A stretch of 62,000 nucleotides of DNA, from assembly GCF_000400465.1 (NCBI RefSeq), contig NW_008806284.1, forward strand, positions 1 to 62,000. Direction: 5' to 3'. The stretch is from Wallemia ichthyophaga EXF-994 (Eukaryota > Fungi > Basidiomycota). A program made the position numbers and the translations under genes. Below the pieces are notes generated by a model, which saw only the letters and a program-made list of their open reading frames with translations, did no database searches and had not been told where the DNA came from. Of this stretch, positions 14,721-27,149 are shown piece by piece. How positions within the stretch are numbered: position 1 is the stretch's first letter; each line of letters begins with the position of its first letter.

Positions 14721-16458
14721 ATGAACAGAAACGCGCGGAGGAAGGCAAGAAGCTTGGATTCTAATTTTGATTACGATGACAACGACTTCAAACTGCGCAG
14801 ATCCTGGCTAGATAGACTGTCTTCCCAGAGGTACTTTCCAAAATCCAGACACAACGTCGCGTATGCTTTGATAGCGCTGTTGTGGGTGATTGCTTTAATA
14901 TAATTGTTTCCTTTCTAACCTTCCTCACAGCCTCTTTGCCTTCAGCTTAACCAAGTTTCTTATGTGGTATCTTAATCCGGACAAAGAACCACTGCCTTGG
15001 CGATCCTACTGCCAGGAATCATCTCCATTCCCTCATCAACTCGCAGACAGTCTCCCTCCCGTTACCATCCTTGTTGGCGTTATGTCCATCGATAGATACG
15101 CTGAACGGAGGAACGTTATTAGACAGACTTACGCCCGGAATGCTTCTCCTAGAGATAGCAGGCATATTCAAGTCGTATTCGTTATTACAAATCCTAGATC
15201 TTCACTTAGACACGCTGTATACCTTGAACAAGAAACCTTCGGCGATCTCGTTATCCTCGACGTGAAAGAGAATATGAATTCGGGGAAATCTTACGAATTC
15301 TTTAATTGGGCTTCTAAATATGCTTGGTTGCCTGATCCTGCTACTCTTCCCACGCACCTCATTAGCTTCCCTTCTGCATACAACAATCCACATGAGAACA
15401 TGCTCAATGACCTTCATCGCATTAATGATAAGGATTTGGAGAAAGAATTGTTTGGTTTTGATCGTACGGTCAAGGATCCTTTCATTACTAATGATGATGC
15501 TGCTGCTCAACACGCCGCTGTGGATTTAACTGTTACCCACCCTAATGCCCCACAAAACTCTAACCTAGAATACAAAAGACCTGACTTTATTGTTAAAGCA
15601 GACGACGACAGTTTTATCATTCTCGGCGAATTAGAAAGACATCTTCGCATTTTACCAAAATCGTTGATTTATTGGGGTTATCTCGTTAAAAATAAATTCA
15701 TGGGAGGTCAAGCATACGCTCTTTCGTTCGATATAGTTAAATGGATGGCAAACTCAGAGTTCGTCAGGAATCATAGAAATGGTAGAGAGGATAAGGTGAC
15801 AGCAAATTGGGTGAGGCATCATCCACAGGCTCATGATATTCAATGGGTCAGTGAAAGCTGTTGGATATACAACCACCCAAAAACCCACACAGTTTACAGT
15901 CATGGCTTTTTGTTCCCAAGTGAAGTGACAAAAATTAGACAAGAAAGCATACCTGGTACTATCGGTGAAGAGGAGCAGATAAGGCGCGGTCAGGGAAATA
16001 AAAATCACTCTGAAGCTTACTCTACAGTGTTTAAATGGGGTCAGAAGTATGCTGAGCCTCTAAATCATCTCAGTGCAGTGGATAGAGTGGCTGCATTGGT
16101 TGAAGGTGCAGATGAGAGTTTGAGTAAAGATGAAAAAAAGTTTGGTATACTTGGATCTCCTCGTCAAACGTTAAGTGAACGGTATGAGGGTAGACCATGG
16201 GGTGGGACGGTGATAGTACACTTTATAAAACGCCACGAATGGTTCTACGAAACAGCACTTGCATTTCTAACAGACTGGTCACTAATACCCAAGACAACAC
16301 CGATCGCATCCAAAAACTACTGGACCAAGACAATAGCGCTCAACAAAGATGACGATTTTGATAGACAGAGAGGTTGGAGACTGGTTGATAGCACAGACGT
16401 TAAGAGCGTGGATATATATCGATTCAAAACAACAGTCGATCCCTTTCCGACGAGTTGA
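14721..16458 (+). CDS. Glycosyltransferase family 31 (beta-1,3-galactosyltransferase-like), type II membrane protein
   Basis: N-terminal TM split by an intron, ILVGVMS, RRNVIRQTY, FGDLVIL, ENMNSGKSY, VKADDDSF (DxD) and FMGG. Confidence 0.85.
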
Positions 16459-16639
16459 AAACTTTCATCGTAACATTGTAACAAGGAGAATACCCAAACT
16501 ATACAATCAGCACAAATGTAATAATAAATTAAGTTTTGCGTTAAAAATGAGTAATTTTGAGTAATTTTGTCAAAGTGCTCAGCTTACGCGTCATCGAGTA
16601 AGGGAGCGAAGCGTCAGCTTAAGTTGATTATCAACAATC

Positions 16640-19600
16640 ATGACAACGTTAACGACGGCAGCGGGAATATTATCATTATTAGATGAGGAGGATGTAATTA
16701 TAAGGAGCCAGGCATTAGAATCTTTAATTGGAGTCGTGGACCAATTTTGGGCCGAAATATCTGACTACGTTGGGAAGATGTGAGTTTTGGTGCATGGCGA
16801 GAAGTGTAGGATACTGATACGTGCTATATCAGAGAATCGCTAAGTGAAGATAAAGATTTTGGTGAAGATTCAAAGAAGTTGGCTGCGTTGATTGCATCAA
16901 AAGTTTATTACCACTTGGGCGCTATAGACGACGCACTCAGTTTGGCATTGAGCGCAGGCGATGCGTTTGACGTAACACAGAGCTCAGAATATGTAGAAAC
17001 ACTGATATCCAAGTCGATCGACACGTACATCCACCAACGCCAGCATAATCAAGCTGTTGATAATAGATTGGAATCTATTGTGGATAGAATGTTTTCCAAG
17101 TGTATTTCTGAAAAGGAGTACAAGCAGTCAGCTGGTATCGCTTTGGATAGCTTAAGATATGACGTTGTTGAGAAAGTATTCAATCTATCAAAAGACGTGA
17201 ATATTTTGAGATACGTGATGGAAGCTACATCCGATGTCGTTGTGTCTTTAGAACAACGCCAATTCGTCTTCAAATTACTCGTCAAACTTTTCAATTCAAG
17301 TATACTACCATCACCTGATTATTTCTCCATTACTCAATGTCACTTACTACTCAACGATGGTAAGCTTGCAGGCGAACTGCTCGATCAACTCATCCAAAGT
17401 GGCGTTAATGACAAAGTTCTCATTGCGTATCAGATTGCTTTCGATTTGGTCGATACAGCTTCACAAGATTTCTTGAGCCATGTAACTGCTGTTGTTAGCG
17501 AGAGAGAGGGTGAGACTTACGACAAGTTGAAAGAGATTCTCAGTGGCACTCTTTCAATCAGACTCAACTTGGAATTCCTCCATCGCAATAATAAAGCAGA
17601 CCCACTCGTTCTCAAGAACACAAAGGAAAGCTTGGATGGTAAATTTTCGCTATACCACAACGCAGTATCGTTCGCAAATGCATTCATGCATGCTGGTACG
17701 ACAGATGACACGTGGTTGAGAGATAATTTGGAATGGCTAGGCAAAGCTAACAACTGGTCAAAATTCACAGCTACGGCTTCACTTGGTGTAATTCATAAAG
17801 GCAACCTCAACCAGTCTGTTCAACTACTCGAACCTTACTTACCTGGAGCCACATCGCACGCATCTGAGTACTCAGAGGGTGGCTCTCTCTACGCTCTAGG
17901 ATTGATTCACGCCAACAACGGTGGTCGCGCTCTAGACTTCCTCAAAGACCACTTGAAGCGCGTTGGCGCAACCGAAGTCGTCCAGCACGGTGCTGCTCTT
18001 GGATTAGGTATTGCAGGTATCGGCACCAAAAATGACGAGCTCTACACGGACCTTCGCAACATTCTCTTTAGTGATTCTGCCATAGCCGGTGAGAGCGCTG
18101 GTTACGCAATGGGTTTGATAATGCTTGGTACTGGAAACGAGAGCGCTTATGAAGAGATGCTCCAGTATGCGCATGAAACACAGCATGAGAAAATCATCAG
18201 AGGTTTGGCGCTGGGTATTGCTTTCCTCATGTATGGACGTGAGTCGCAAGCCGACAAGGTGATTGAGACGCTCTTGAATGATAAGGTGGGTGTTTGTGTA
18301 GTAGCTCGAAGTAAGCTGACATACATCCAACTAGGACTGGATACTGAGATATGGTGGTGTATACACGATAGGTCTCGCATACGCAGGTACTGGTAACAAC
18401 AAGGCCATCAAGGATCTTCTCCACGTGGCTGTTTCAGATGTCAATGATGATGTGAGGAGAGTGGCTGTCATAGCACTCGGTTTCATACTTTATCGCAATC
18501 CGAGCCAAGTACCTCGACTTGTTCAGCTGCTGTCTGAATCGTACAATCCACACGTCAGATGTGGAGCTGCGATGGCACTCGGTATAGCCTGTGCAGGAAC
18601 AGCATTGGAGGTGAGTATGATTTGTATTGGATCAGTGTAAAAGCTAACTGATAGAAAAGGATGCCATTGAACTTCTCGAACCACTATCGAAAGACCCAAT
18701 CGACTTTGTGCGCCAGTATGCTTATATTGCATTAGCATTGGTGTTGATCCAATCGAACGAAACCAACGCACCAAAATCGAAATCAGTGCGTGAGCAACTG
18801 AAAAACACTGTCAACGACAGACACGATGAGTCGATGGCCAAATTTGGTGCAGCAATAGCGCAAGGATTGATCGATGCTGGTGGACGCAACGCCACTATCA
18901 GTATGCAAAGTAAGAATGGATCTACTAACATGTCTGCGCTCGTCGGTATGGTGCTCTTTACTCAATTCTGGTTCTGGTTCCCATTGGTACATTGCATTTC
19001 TCTCTCTTTCACTCCAACGTCTCTGATTGGATTGGATGAACATCTTAAGATCCCTAAGCTTGATTTCGTGTCGAATGCCAAACCATCGACGTTCGATTAC
19101 ACACCACTACTCAAACCGCCTACTAAGGAGACAGCCGAGAGAGTGAAGACTGCCGTGCTTTCCACTACGGCGCGCGCACAGGCCCGTCAAACTAAAGCGA
19201 AGAAGGAGAAGGAGGGTGCAGATGTAGAGATGGAGGAGGAGAAGGACGATGAAAAGGAGGAGAAGGAGGAGAACAAAGAAGAAGTGAAGGAACCTGAGCC
19301 TGAGTTTGAGGTTAAGGGTAATCTCACTAGAGTCACTCCAAATCAAGTACCATTCATCGTATTTTCGAAGGACGGCAGATATACGCCAGTGAGGAGCGTA
19401 TCGAGTGTGCCTGCTTCAACCAAGGTGCATAAGGAGGGTGAATTAGGTGAATCAGGATCATCTACGCCTGTTTCTATCAACAGGAGAACCCGCAGACCAA
19501 CAATCGCATCCATCTACTCTTCTACACCGGCATCGGCAGGCGGAGCAGGTATACTAATCCTCAAAGATCACAAAGCAGGTGAGGAGGTTGAGTATATCAC

Positions 19601-19733
19601 TCTCGAAGCAGGTGAGGGTAATGGTGGTGTGCAACAGCAGCAGCACAATCAGCAATCTAATGAGGGAGTTGACGATGGTGAGGAGATTGATAACCCACCA
19701 CCGCCATTCGAGTACAATTTTGAAAGTAGATAG
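16640..19733 (+). CDS. RPN2: 26S proteasome regulatory subunit Rpn2
   Basis: [33 protein letters not shown] repeats, SYNPHVR and QFWFWFPL. Four introns. Confidence 0.97.
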
Positions 19734-19817
19734 GTGTGCAAGGTGTATGTAAATTGACTGATTTGATTTAAAAAAAATTAATATCCAAGAGATGCATAAT
19801 ATCTTTACATAACATCT

Positions 19818-20927
19818 TTACATCAGATGATGTTTGTTAATCTCCTCATAACTCCATTCTAAAGGCTCTTTCTGTTGGTTTGTTTGGCTTATTTGGTTGA
19901 GGAAATCAGCCACACTATTCCAATAATCGGGACTGATGCAGGTGTCGTTGTGCGTACCATGGGGAAATGATTTCCACGTGCAGATTGACGACAGTTTCTC
20001 ATCTCTATCCTCCTTGACTGTACGATAGAGAGACTCCATATGAGACACTGGTACAATTTCGTCCTGTCTACCTGAAAGGAAGAGTGTATGTACACTTTTT
20101 CCAATTTTCTTTATAGATTCGCCGCTATTCCATTTTTCAGTGCATAAGAAAGTGAAAGGGGTGAGGAGGGGAATGATAGAGGGAATGAGTTGGGGTATAC
20201 TAGTAAAAGTGTTTTCTAAAATCAGCGCGTGAATAGAATCTGGATAATCTTTAGCCAAATCTATGCACACAGCTCCACCAATTGACTGTCCATAGAGAAT
20301 TACGTTGGTTGATGACGTTAATGGATGTTGCTGGATGAATTTGAGAGCAGCTCTGGCATCAATACGTATACCAGCTTCAGAAGGCACACCTTCACTCTTT
20401 CCATAACCTCTGTAGCTAACCATCAAAACATTTGTGTTTAAATTTTTGTAGAAGACTTGGGCGAGTGGAAGGCGATGGCCCTGGTGAGTTTGAGTGTGAG
20501 TGTGTGATTGTTTTAACTTAAAACTCACCATATTACCCGCGTTGGCATGGAAGATTATCACAGTTGGTCGTGAACGTGATGTTTGTGATGAGGGGTGTGT
20601 TATCAGATAGGCTTTTATCTTATAAGCACCTGATTGCAGTGTTATGTCTTGGTAAGGCATATCGAACCTAGCGAAAGCGGAGGGCGTTGAGCAGTGAACA
20701 TTTCTACGCATGCGACACTTACTCATTTGGAGTCATAACGACACTGCGAGAATCAGCAGGCATGTTGGCTGGATAGATTAAGCTTGTTTGATAGATATAG
20801 AGGAGAATGGCAGTGCCGCTAATGAGGACTGCTGATACTCCAATAAGGCCCTTGAGGGGAGTGAGATGGTGTGTGTGTCATGTAGCCAAGCAACCTTAGT
20901 GCACTGCGCTATAACCGATAGAGCCAT
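19818..20927 (-). CDS. BEM46: Bem46/ABHD13-family alpha/beta hydrolase
   Basis: FHANAGNM, SYRGYGKSEG, GQSIGG nucleophile, ENTFTSI, DEIVP and GTHNDT. Reconstructed N-terminus MALSVIAQCTK|GLIGVSAVLISG (signal anchor). Confidence 0.9.
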
Positions 20928-20939
20928 GACGGTAGCTGA

Positions 20940-21619
20940 TCAAGGGGCGTATATGAATATCTCGGCTATTTGAAGAGTGGGGGAATTTGCGGGTGGAGTT
21001 GGAGGTGCTTCCGCGTACAAATGACTCGAAATAGTTGAATTGCTCTCGACTACGTCACAGAAGAGATGATCCAAGTCGTCATCGTCGTCATCGTCCTTGT
21101 GGATGTTATCGAGGATAGAATGAAGTGCTTGTTGATTGGTGTGCTGCTCCTCCACCGATAGCGGCTCACTCGGAGAAATTCCATCGTTAATCGATTTCTT
21201 TGTTCGTTTGTGTGGTTTCCGGTGGATTACTTGGAGAGGCGTTACGTTAAGAATACGCTGTATACACATTGAGAGCCCCAATTCCTTTGTCATGTACTTG
21301 AGGCACTCAAAGCTATCCTCTAGCGCTGCGTCATCCAATCCAATCAAATGACCATCGTCCAGAACGCCAATCTGGTACAAACAGCGACCGCGACCCTGCA
21401 ACAGTCTGAACTTCATCTGAGTCATGTACCTGTCCAAACGATCCTTTGTCGTGTTTAGTGTGAGTTTCAGCTGTGGCGGGTGGGTGAGTTGATTGTTCGC
21501 AGTGCAATTCAACACACTTTATACTCAACAAAGCCAACGTCACTCTCTTCAACTATCTTTCTAGTTGGTACTGTATCACTTTGAAGCCACTCCCAAATCG
21601 TTATCCCCGTCGACGTCAT
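20940..21619 (-). CDS. Stand-alone protein resembling the GTPBP1/GTPBP2 N-terminal domain; no G domain
   Basis: Spliced MTSTG..EESDVGFVEYK|LKL..RYMTQMKFRLLQGRGRCLYQIGVLDDGHLIGL matches the GTPBP2-type pattern EYKLKL..TQMKWRL.EG.G..YQIGVED.G...GL. It is followed only by a low-complexity tail. Confidence 0.75.
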
Positions 21620-21675
21620 TATGCAACCAATTTTCACCAACAAATTTTATCAATTTATTGTTACAATGAATCAAT

Positions 21676-22048
21676 CTAATCGAAGAGACCGAGACCCATG
21701 TCGTCGTCAGACTCTTCCTTAGGCTCTTCCTGTACATATAGGTGGTTAGCGAAAATCTTCCAAGGAATCGTATCAACGAACCTTCTTTGGTGCTTCCTCA
21801 GCGGCGGCTGGAGCGGCACCTGCAGCAGGAGCAGCAGCAGCAGAAGCAGATGGAACAGAAGCGAGCTTCTCGGTACCTTGAGCGATCAACTCCTCGATGT
21901 TCTTGCCGTTAACCTCCTCGATGAGCTTGTTGAGGCGGCTGTCATCAGCTTCGATACCGACAGTTGAGAGGAGCTTCTTGACGTCCTCAGCTGATGGGGA
22001 GGTGTTTCCACCGACGGTGAGCAAAAGGTAGGCAGCGACGAGCTTCAT
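21676..22048 (-). CDS. RPP2: 60S acidic ribosomal protein P2
   Basis: [24 protein letters not shown]..|[13 protein letters not shown]. One CDS intron and a probable 5'UTR intron ending just before the ATG. Confidence 0.97.
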
Positions 22049-22344
22049 CTGGGAATGTGTGAGTGGTGTACATCATTACTTAAATCTCGCTCACTGTAAC
22101 GACTTAAACTGTTTAAAGGGTGAACCTGGTCCAAGTCTTGAAAGGAGAAGACGCTCAGAGTTTGCCTATTTGCAGTCTGAAGATTTTAAAAAATAACGAA
22201 AATCTAAAAATATTGTAAAATATATTATTATTATATACTCGTTAATTCTAACACACACTCCCCCACGCCCTCACCAAATTTTGTAATTTTCTCTGCTCAT
22301 TCACTCAACTCATAATTTTTCGAATCCCTTGTTGAGAAACAGTG

Positions 22345-22866
22345 ATGGCTCCTGAGTTTGACGGTACAACAAGCGCCGCTGAGGCTGCTGAGCTCAAGAA
22401 GCGCCGTACGTTCCGCAAGTTTCAATACCGCGGTGTTGAACTTGAACAACTTCTCGACTTGAAGAATGAGGAGGTTAGTTGAATGGTGTGTTTATAGGGC
22501 ATTTGCTAACATGTCATTCAAAAGTTCATGGACCTCGTTCACGCCCGCGCTCGTAGACGTTTCCAACGTGGTCTTAAGCGTGGTCCTCTCGGTCTCATCA
22601 AGAAGCTTCGTAAGGCTAAGAAGGAGACTCCTCCAAATGAGAAGCCTGCCGTCGTTAAGACCCACCTCCGTGATATGCTCGTCGTCCCTGAAATGATTGG
22701 CTCCCAAGTCGCCATTTACAACGGTAAAGTTTTCAACACTGTCGAAATCAAGCCTGAAATGGTTGCTCACTACTTGGGTGAATTCTCCATCTCCTACAAG
22801 CCTGTCAGACACGGTCGTCCAGGTATCGGTGCCACTAACTCTTCACGTTTCGTTCCACTCAAGTAG
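22345..22866 (+). CDS. RPS15: 40S ribosomal protein S15 (uS19)
   Basis: [24 protein letters not shown] and GHY-like [20 protein letters not shown]. One intron. Confidence 0.98.
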
Positions 22867-22937
22867 GTGCGGTATGGGTGTACAAGTGTTTCAAATAGCA
22901 TGCATTTCATTCTAGTACTGGCTTCATAATTTATCGT

Positions 22938-24091
22938 CTAATCAAATGGTATGCGACGTATCGAGTTGTTGGGTTTGCTACTCGCCGCTGCCGCTTCTCC
23001 GAATGCTGATGGCACGGGTATTCCACAACAGTCACTTCCAAATCCTCCATGATGTTGTGTGCGATCGACTGTTCCTGCTTTTTGTGTGTGTGTATGTGTA
23101 TGTCCACATCCGTCTACCTCCTCTGCATGCACCGGAACACCTTCAGGTGCCTGCAAAATACTTCCAAACATAAAATGCTGCACAATTGGCAACTTGCTCA
23201 ACACTTCTGCTCTAAACATTTTGAACATTCCCTCATTTACCTTTTTCCATGTTTTAACTGCGCTGATATCGTCCAACATGGGCGAATGCCATCTCAAAGA
23301 AGCCGTTTTGATAGAGTTGATGAATTTAATACAGCTGAGATACATATACTCATCTGCCATTTCGAACATAACTTCCGGATCGTGTATGCTCTTTGGACGT
23401 AGGTATTTGTGCGCACTGAGCTGACCAGCACCCCAGAGGAAAGGGAGGAAATGGTAATCATCTAACCCCCAAACACCATGACTGCCAGCTGGTTCTAACC
23501 AGAATGTTGATTGCAGTTTGCGCATGATTGTGATATATCTCCAAAACACTCTAAGTACCAAAGCAGCCTCATCGCCAGGACCGAAGACACCTAAACGATC
23601 CAAGCAGATAAGCCAGCATATAAAGTTGAGCTCCATACCACTGCCATAGTCGATGCGCTGTCTATTACCCCAAGATTCATTGAAATAGGTGGAGACTTCT
23701 GGTATAGCCTCGCTGGGTATATCTAAAGCTTTGTGCAGCGATGGACTGGCCTGTAAATGGGTGTCATAAGAGGCATAAACCACGCTAGTAATCCACCCAC
23801 CTCCACTACTCTATCGAGAAAATCACGGAATCCAGGATTACCGAAGCGTGACTGCTTGTTGTCGATAGGCGGGGACTGTTCTGTGATAGCATCCACTCTA
23901 TCCAGCACACTGAGCACTTTGTACACTCCAGCAGATATGTGCACCTCATCAGTCAGCTTCACGTCGACCACAGCCCCGTTGAGTCTGTCAATGTACTCGA
24001 GCAGGGCGTTGAATGTATCGCTTTGCTTGAATAGCTCGAGGTGCTCATCCAATACGATTCTCTTGGTTGGCTCGGTGTATTTGTATGTCAT
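22938..24091 (-). CDS. RRD2: PP2A phosphotyrosyl phosphatase activator (PTPA, Rrd2/Ypa2 type)
   Basis: SRFGNPGFR, SWGNRQRIDYGSG, WLEPAGSHGVWGLDDY, SLRWHSPMLDDIS and AEVLSKLPIVQH. Confidence 0.92.
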
Positions 24092-24213
24092 GGATGTTTG
24101 TGATTACGAGTTACAGTTGGGAATGAAAATTATGGTGAAAATTCAATCATCTTCCAAATAACTTAGTTTTCTATTACATGAGTCTTGCTTTTCTAACTAG
24201 CCAGTTTAACCCT

Positions 24214-25562
24214 TTACGCCCTAGCTTCGTGGAGCTGCATTGCACAATCTTCTCCACCACTAGCGAGTAGACCGCCATCCCAATCCACGCCCAGTATCTT
24301 GTTCTGCTTTTCTGTCTTCCCATTTGCTGGATTCCTAACGACGGTGAAGAGTGCCTGTTTTGGTGATCTCACATCCCAAAGCTTGACATTTCCATCGAGG
24401 GCAGCACTAGCCAAGTGGTGAGGCGAGTGAGGATGAGAGGCGACGCTCTCGACGACACTCCCATGGCCCCAGAGTTTCTGGGCTACGTTGCTGGTGCTGC
24501 TGCTACGCGTATCCCATACACACACACTCCTATCGACGTGTCCACTCACCGCCACGCCATGGAGATTAAGTGAGTCAACACAGCGCAAAGCGCTGGCAGC
24601 TACGCGAGAGTCGCTCTCCAGCCCGACGCCGACATCCCACAGTCGGAGAGTATGGTCAGCACCAGCCGAGTATGCGCGCGTCTGGTCCTCCTTGGCGAAA
24701 GACACGCCATTAACAGCTCCCGTGTGACCGCGCAGACGGTGTATCGGGGCTTTACGCACGGCTTCCACGGCTGCCGGCTTGCTCTTCCTCCTCTTCTTGA
24801 CGGGCTCTTCTGGATCGGCGTCCACCTCGTGCGCCGAGGGCGTGCGCGTGTCCCACAGACACACCAACCCATCCCAGTCGCTGCTGAGCAGGGTGTGTGG
24901 CTCGCTGGGGAGGAGCGGTGGAGCGACTGCGAGTGCAGACACCGGCGCAGCGTGCGCGGTGCATTGCAGCGTCTGCGACGGCTTGCCTGCGTCTATATCC
25001 CACATCCGCACCGTGCAGTCACGTCCACCTGTCACCACTGCATTGCCTACCCATTCGCCCGCTAGCACCGGCCCCACGTGGCCGAGAAGCTCCACTGTCT
25101 TCTCGCTGCGGCTGTTCCACACACTCGCAACACCGTCGTAGCTCGTCGTCAGGAACTTGTGCTCGTTGTGCGCTGTGCGGTTTATAGAGACACTCGACAC
25201 CCAGTCGTCGTGCTCGTACGTGCTGAGGTGCTTCGGTGGGAGGATCGACGGTACGTACGAGAGGTGTAGCGTTTCTTCCTGTGTTGTGTTGTTAGTAAAT
25301 TTGTACACGGCATATCCACCGATCCACCCACGCCATTGCTGTGGTTGCTAAGGACACTCGTTAGCTTTCCCCCAGCGCTGTCCTCGCCTATAAAGAAATC
25401 AAATGGCACGGCAGATACATTCTCGAGGAGGTTGTTGATCAGCTGCGATAGCTGGAAACGCTTCCAGGTGCTCGGTATCATGTACATCTCCTCTGGGATC
25501 TTGTGCTCATTGGAGATTGAATGCAGTATTACTGGTATGTTTCTACCATCCGCTGTGCTCAT
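24214..25562 (-). CDS. YTM1: Ribosome biogenesis WD40 protein Ytm1/WDR12
   Basis: N-terminal NLE domain (LSQLINNLL..VPFDFFI), EETLHLSY, HDDWVSSV and WD40 repeats. One intron. Confidence 0.88.
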
Positions 25563-25669
25563 TTGGTGGGTTTCGTCGATAGCAGCGAATCAAGAGGGAA
25601 GACGGCGTAAATTGCAATTTTAATACATTTTATACATATATAGCTTGGCAAAGATTGTATTTCCCAATA

Positions 25670-27113
25670 TCAATCCTCCTCCGCGAACATTTCTGCCTTC
25701 CCCGTAGCCGCCTGGTAGATACGCATCGCTTCCTCCACCGCACACTCGGAAGGCTGGATAAATGGCGCTGTGACTGTGATTGGCGTGCTGACGGTGTGTA
25801 TATTGTCCTTGTCTGCATCCACATCCTCATACTCCACCTCCTCCTCGGTGTATATTGACATAAACGCAATATCGTCTTCTGTCTCGATGAGGCTGGTGAT
25901 ATATGGTCGAAAGAGATCCTCAAGTCTTCCACGCTCGTTGCCCACCAGATTTACCACTAGATAAACCATATAATACCCCACAGGACACACTCCCGCGCTA
26001 GCACCCTCATAATGCGCCTGAACAGCATTAGCGAAGGCAATACCTGGCTCGTAGACGATGATGGGTGATTCAGGGAGCGGGTTGAGGGTTGGCGGGTTAC
26101 TCAGCACCATCACTACCCTCCCCAGCTCATTCCGACGCTTCTCGTTTGTTGATATACCGAATGGGGTGAGTGTGGGCGTGTGGCCTATCACACAGCCCGC
26201 ATTGAACACCCCATCTATACCACTCATTCGTATGTTGTATCGCCCATCACATTCTACCACATCCTCGATGTCGTGGTTGAGAATGAATGTAGTGCCGCGT
26301 ACAGCGCTCGATCTGCATTTGGTGGTGAGTTGTGCTGGGTAAATCAACAATAACACTCCCCGCTCACCTGCAGTATCCCTGTATTATGTCGCCAACACCC
26401 CCATACTGCGCGTAGAGGAAGCTCGACGGTCCGTAAGCGCCATGAGCATGCAGATACGAAGCAATGCGATCGAGTACCTGGTGAGATGGCTCAAACAGCG
26501 AGATAGCCATCCCGAATGAGAACACAAGCGAGTGAAATAGCTTGGTTGGTATTCCTGCATCAAACTCACTCAGTTTCACATTCGCCCCGCTTTTGTAGTC
26601 CCCATTAGACACCGACTGGAGGAATTTCATCAACATACGCTTCTCTCGCACGTTAATATCACTTCGAAAGACTTCCTGCTTCGATTTAGGTATCTGGGTA
26701 AACTGCCCGCTGGCGTTGTACACCAATCCATCAACAAGTTTGAATTCGAGGTAATTGAATATCGACGATTTGAGAATGTTCTGCAGCTGCGTTGGTGCGT
26801 TTCTCTGCGTAAGAAGCACACTGGGGTGCAGACTGATCAGGAACTTGTGTGGATTGTCGACTTTGTTGATTTGTGAAGGTGCTGTGAAGGAGGATAGAGG
26901 AAGCGTGGCCCAGCTACCCCCATAGTAATCGTTCTTATCGACATGCAAGCACTTGTAGCCAGAAGAAGCGAGTGCACTGATGTCGTCATCGTCGTGAGCT
27001 CAGTGCGTCCACCAGCTAACCCCCACACACCTAGAAAGCAAAGACTGCGTATAACCCGTTCCAATTATCAAAAAATCGAACAAGTTTTCATTTATCGGAG
27101 TTGTCGATGACAT
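25670..27113 (-). CDS. MRS6: Rab escort protein / Rab geranylgeranyltransferase component A (GDI family)
   Basis: FDFLIIGTG, HVDKNDYYGG, REKRMLMKFL, YGPSSFLYAQYGG.GDIIQGYCR|SSAVRG. An alternative in-frame ATG lies at 27125. Confidence 0.85.
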
Positions 27114-27149
27114 GACGGTAGACATACAAGAAATAAAGACATCAACACA

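Noticed and set aside
20936-21016. Splice-mediated fusion of the GTPBP-N-like gene to BEM46
   Set aside because: The only plausible donor/acceptor pair (GTACGC..GATCAG) shifts the frame and hits a stop before the BEM46 sequence.
24214-25300. GC-rich patches (YTM1, serine dehydratase, arrestin) as signs of horizontal transfer
   Set aside because: The same GC elevation occurs in the core eukaryotic gene YTM1, so composition alone does not indicate HGT here.
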